A stretch of 39,380 nucleotides of DNA from Octopus bimaculoides (taxonomy: Eukaryota). Made by a program: the position numbers and the translations under genes. Below the pieces are notes generated by a model that was not told where the DNA came from, made no database searches, and saw only the letters and a program-made list of their open reading frames with translations. This document shows positions 35,491 through 39,380 of this stretch, piece by piece (position 1 is the first letter of the stretch; each line of letters starts with the position of its first letter). The stretch lies in contig NC_068985.1 of the NCBI RefSeq assembly GCF_001194135.2, positions 27,884,072 through 27,923,451 on the forward strand, in the 5' to 3' direction.

Positions 35491-35869
35491 TGAGTAAAGC
35501 TTTCCAACGTTCTCAGTATTGATATGTATATATGAAACATACACTTCAGTTTGATAGTTCTGAGGAAACTATAGAATGTTGCATAAGTATTCAGTTCTGA
35601 ATACCTCGCTTCTTATTCAGAAACAGCTGTTAAGCTAATAGAGTTGATATGTGATTCCTGTCCACTTCCCAATCAGTAATTAGTATTACGTTCTGCACTC
35701 TTCAAACTCTTTAATTTAAATCATATGTATAATGTGTTCTAATAACTGGTCATTTGCAAAGATTTTGCGAAGCCATAATATATATACACACATGCATATA
35801 CATACATAAATATATACATACATACATATGTATGTATGTATTTGTAACAGGCTGAGGAGAGGCTACTCT

Positions 35870-36384
35870 TCCTGTCAGTGCCGTTGTTATCTATTCTGCA
35901 GCATATCTTACCCTACATAATTTTCGTCAGATATAGTCAATGTTTACCTCAATGCTTTTGTTTAACAAGGTTACTCTCGCTTCTCTTGGTCCATATGGAA
36001 CAACTGAACACTTACACTTAGGTTACGTATCCAGAAGTTCTCCATTTGCCCTCATGATGTTATAAACTTTGTTGATGAATATACTTGACTTGTTAATTTC
36101 TCCCCTTACTGTTCATTGGATGCTTTCGAATGGTAAGATGCACCCAAAGACCGTTCTGACCGATCTTATACATCTGTCTTCATCCCTCCCTTTAACGTAG
36201 TTCCCTTAAGTGTGATTCGGATAGAATAGCTATCAAATTTTAAAAATAAATTTCTAGTCTCACCAACTGTTGTTAGTGATACAGGCACTGCAACTGAATT
36301 ATGAGATATGGTCTTATTTAATAGGGAAGGAGCTAAATTCTTCACTATCCCAAGTGTACTGAGATAGTCATTAGTTTTACGCAC
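35870..36384 (-). pseudogene. Decayed coding-like fragment of unknown origin (possibly a retroelement ORF1)
   Basis: 72-aa ORF 36166-36384 plus downstream interrupted peptides (GEINKSSIFINKVYNIMRANGELL; VVPYGPREARVTLLNKSIEVNIDYI); no motif recognised. Confidence 0.25.
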
Positions 36385-36624
36385 TGCACCAAAATATGTG
36401 ATAAATTTGTGCAGTAAGTAAAACTTCTGAAGTTATAGAATGTACGTATGCGTAAGTGCATGTATGCACGAAAGTAAGTGTGCCTCTATATAAGTACGAA
36501 TGTGTTTATGAATGTATGTGTGCATAGATGTATTTACGAATTTTCCTGTCTGCTTTCACTTTCGACTTTCTCTCGTCTTATTGCACACGACATTGCAGAA
36601 TGTAATCCACACATAGACGCTGAA

Positions 36625-36687
<63 letters not shown>

Positions 36688-37190
36688 NNNNNNNNNNNNN
36701 NNNNNNNNNNNNNNNNNNNNNNNNNNNNNNNNNNNNNNNNNNNNNNNNNNNNNNNNNNNNNNNNNNNNNNNNNNNNNNNNNNNNNNNNNNNNNNNNNNNN
36801 NNNNNNNNNNNNNNNNNNNNNNNNNNNNNNNNNNNNNNNNNNNNNNNNNNNNNNNNNNNNNNNNNNNNNNNNNNNNNNNNNNNNNNNNNNNNNNNNNNNN
36901 NNNNNNNNNNNNNNNNNNNNNNNNNNNNNNNNNNNNNNNNNNNNNNNNNNNNNNNNNNNNNNNNNNNNNNNNNNNNNNNNNNNNNNNNNNNNNNNNNNNN
37001 NNNNNNNNNNNNNNNNNNNNNNNNNNNNNNNNNNNNNNNNNNNNNNNNNNNNNNNNNNNNNNNNNNNNNNNNNNNNNNNNNNNNNNNNNNNNNNNNNNNN
37101 NNNNNNNNNNNNNNNNNNNNNNNNNNNNNNNNNNNNNNNNNNNNNNNNNNNNNNNNNNNNNNNNNNNNNNNNNNNNNNNNNNNNNNNNNN

Positions 37191-37237
<47 letters not shown>

Positions 37238-38987
37238 CATATATATATGTGTAATCTACATTGCTCCTAGAAACGCTAATAGCTTATATCTTAAGCGAAT
37301 GCCTGTTTTAGTAGCTAATTCTGAAATACAGTTGCCTATACTGACATTGCCGATGCAGAAATTAGTTTTAATATATCTAATAAAAAGATTATATGAAGTA
37401 ATTTCCATGATTACTAATACTTCCAGAAGATGTTTTACTTGAATTCAAGAAGTCCTCGTTACTTGTCATGATATTTTTACGATGTAATTTCGTGCAAGTT
37501 TAACAGAGTCTCAGAAATGAGACATTTGATAGACACCTTGTTCCTCTGACGGCAACATCTGAGTAGAACATGAAAATATCTTCGCATATTTATCAGTGTG
37601 AAAGGGTTGATTGAAAAAAAAAAACTTTTGCTGAGAAGCATTAAATTAATGAAGATATACGTTTATTTTTGTTTGTTATAAACACTGAAAATATTGAATT
37701 TCAAGAATTTCATATATAATTTAATAATTTAAATTGCGAATCCTTAGTTCAGCATAATATTTTTTTTATCTAACTAGTCTCAACAAAGATCGTTACAGAT
37801 AATAATATCCAATGAGTTTTATTATATCTCGGGTGGGTCAGTATATCTAATAAACATACGCATTGGTTGCATTCCAATTATTTAGCTTTATTCGTTTATT
37901 GGGGAACTATTTAACCAATAAACTAATCGATTGTTTGATTAAACTTTCAGTGAATCAATCAATTAGCTAGGTTTTCCAAAGTCCTTTTGTCGCCATTCAC
38001 ATACTCGTCAATGAAATGCTTTCTCTACTTGGTCTGCTTCAATTAATTTCATTAAATTTTTAATCTGTTCACTAATAAAAAAAAAAGAAAGGGACGAATA
38101 TAGAAAGAATGCGTATGTTTATTATTAGTTTAATGGAACCTTCCGCGATACGAAAAAAAAAATGTCCCAACTCATGTGTTCACATAAGACTTACAAACCA
38201 AGTACAAAAGTGAAATATATCAAATTCATTTCTCTTTCCCTTGAAACAATTATGTAGCAGAGTATATATATTAATGCAATGATGAAACAGTTACTTCATA
38301 TGGAATACACAATCCCAGTTATAATACCCCTAATAAGCAACGTCGTATATTTTTCATCCTTAATTTACACCTTGTGCACTTCAACTCTTTGTCAATCCAT
38401 CGAATATATATCTAGTATTTCTTTAAATCCAGAAGCTGAGATGACATAAATCAAGGGTTCAACGCCACTGGCAAGGTCTGGCTCTCATTTGGCTTGGTCT
38501 TATGTGGACATTTAAAGATATTAAGCATCAAGATAAATGTGATATCTCAATAAAATATTGCTGAAGCACTTAACTTAACGTTGTTAATCAAGCTAGAACT
38601 ACGAGACAGAGGCAAAAGTATGATTTAATTCTAGTCTATCATCAAGGTCACAGTGTCTTTTATAGGCCTTTATCTGAGAGCAAGTGCCGGGAATTTAGCT
38701 CGTGTATTACCACGAGACACTGTGCCTATGAGGAATTAAAGTGGCACTTCTAGCTTCTAAAATACGATATATACAAACGCACACAAATTCATGTATACGC
38801 ATATAATATAAATCATATATAATACGAACAGACATATATGCATCTTAACGAATATAAATATACGAATATAATATAGATATGATAAATATACGAACATAAT
38901 ATGGTTATAATAGATGTACGAATGTAATATAGGTATCATAAATATACGAATATAATAGAAATATAAGATGGTATTATATATATTCTA

Positions 38988-39185
38988 TTACTTGTTTCAG
39001 TCTTCGACAGCAGCCATGCTGGAGCACCAACTTAAAGGGGGTTTAGTCGCAGAAATCGACCCCAGGACTTATTCTTCGTAAGCCTAGTACTTATTCTATC
39101 GGTCTCTTTTGCTGAAGCGCTAGGTTGAAGGGACGTAAACACACTAACATCGGTTCTCAAGCGATTTTTAGGGGACAAACAGACA
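38988..39185 (-). mobile_element. Well-preserved S2 SINE body/3' part
   Basis: TTACTTGTTTCAGTC-GCCATGCTGGAGCACC-ATCGACCCCAGGACTTATTC-AAGCCTAGTACTTATTCTATCGGTCTC-GGGACAAAC, then a CA/CATA microsatellite. Confidence 0.85.
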
Positions 39186-39380
39186 CAAAGACACACACAT
39201 AAAAACATACATACACACATACATACATGCATGCATACATACATACATACATACATACATACATACATACATACATAAATATGATGCAACTGTTTCATCA
39301 TTGTATTAATATATATAAACTGCTACATAATTGTTTCCGAGGAAAGAGAAATGAATTATATATATATATATATATATATA

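Overview
AT-rich, microsatellite-saturated animal genomic DNA from a gapped draft assembly. The repeat content resembles an octopus/coleoid cephalopod genome; this is an inference from repeat families I recall and is not verified. No long intact ORF is present. Contents: (1) stacks of decayed R4/Dong-like non-LTR retrotransposons (RT, CCHC knuckle, PD-(D/E)xK endonuclease) inserted in (TAA)n at about 7.0-10.5 kb and 13.6-16.8 kb. (2) Many tRNA-derived SINE copies, one with an 11-bp target-site duplication. (3) A TA-flanked fragment encoding three C2H2 fingers, probably a LINE 3' end. (4) Candidate exons of a minus-strand type I membrane protein gene (23.8 to 11.0 kb) and terminal exons of a plus-strand gene (31.2-32.8 kb). 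(5) The most notable signal: seven or eight short, mostly sequence-unrelated, microsatellite-associated units that fold into type I hammerhead ribozyme-like motifs, each with a palindromic stem III, plus a Penelope-like RT fragment. This suggests a diverse population of Penelope-derived or retrozyme-like self-cleaving elements. All folds, alignments and translations were done by eye.
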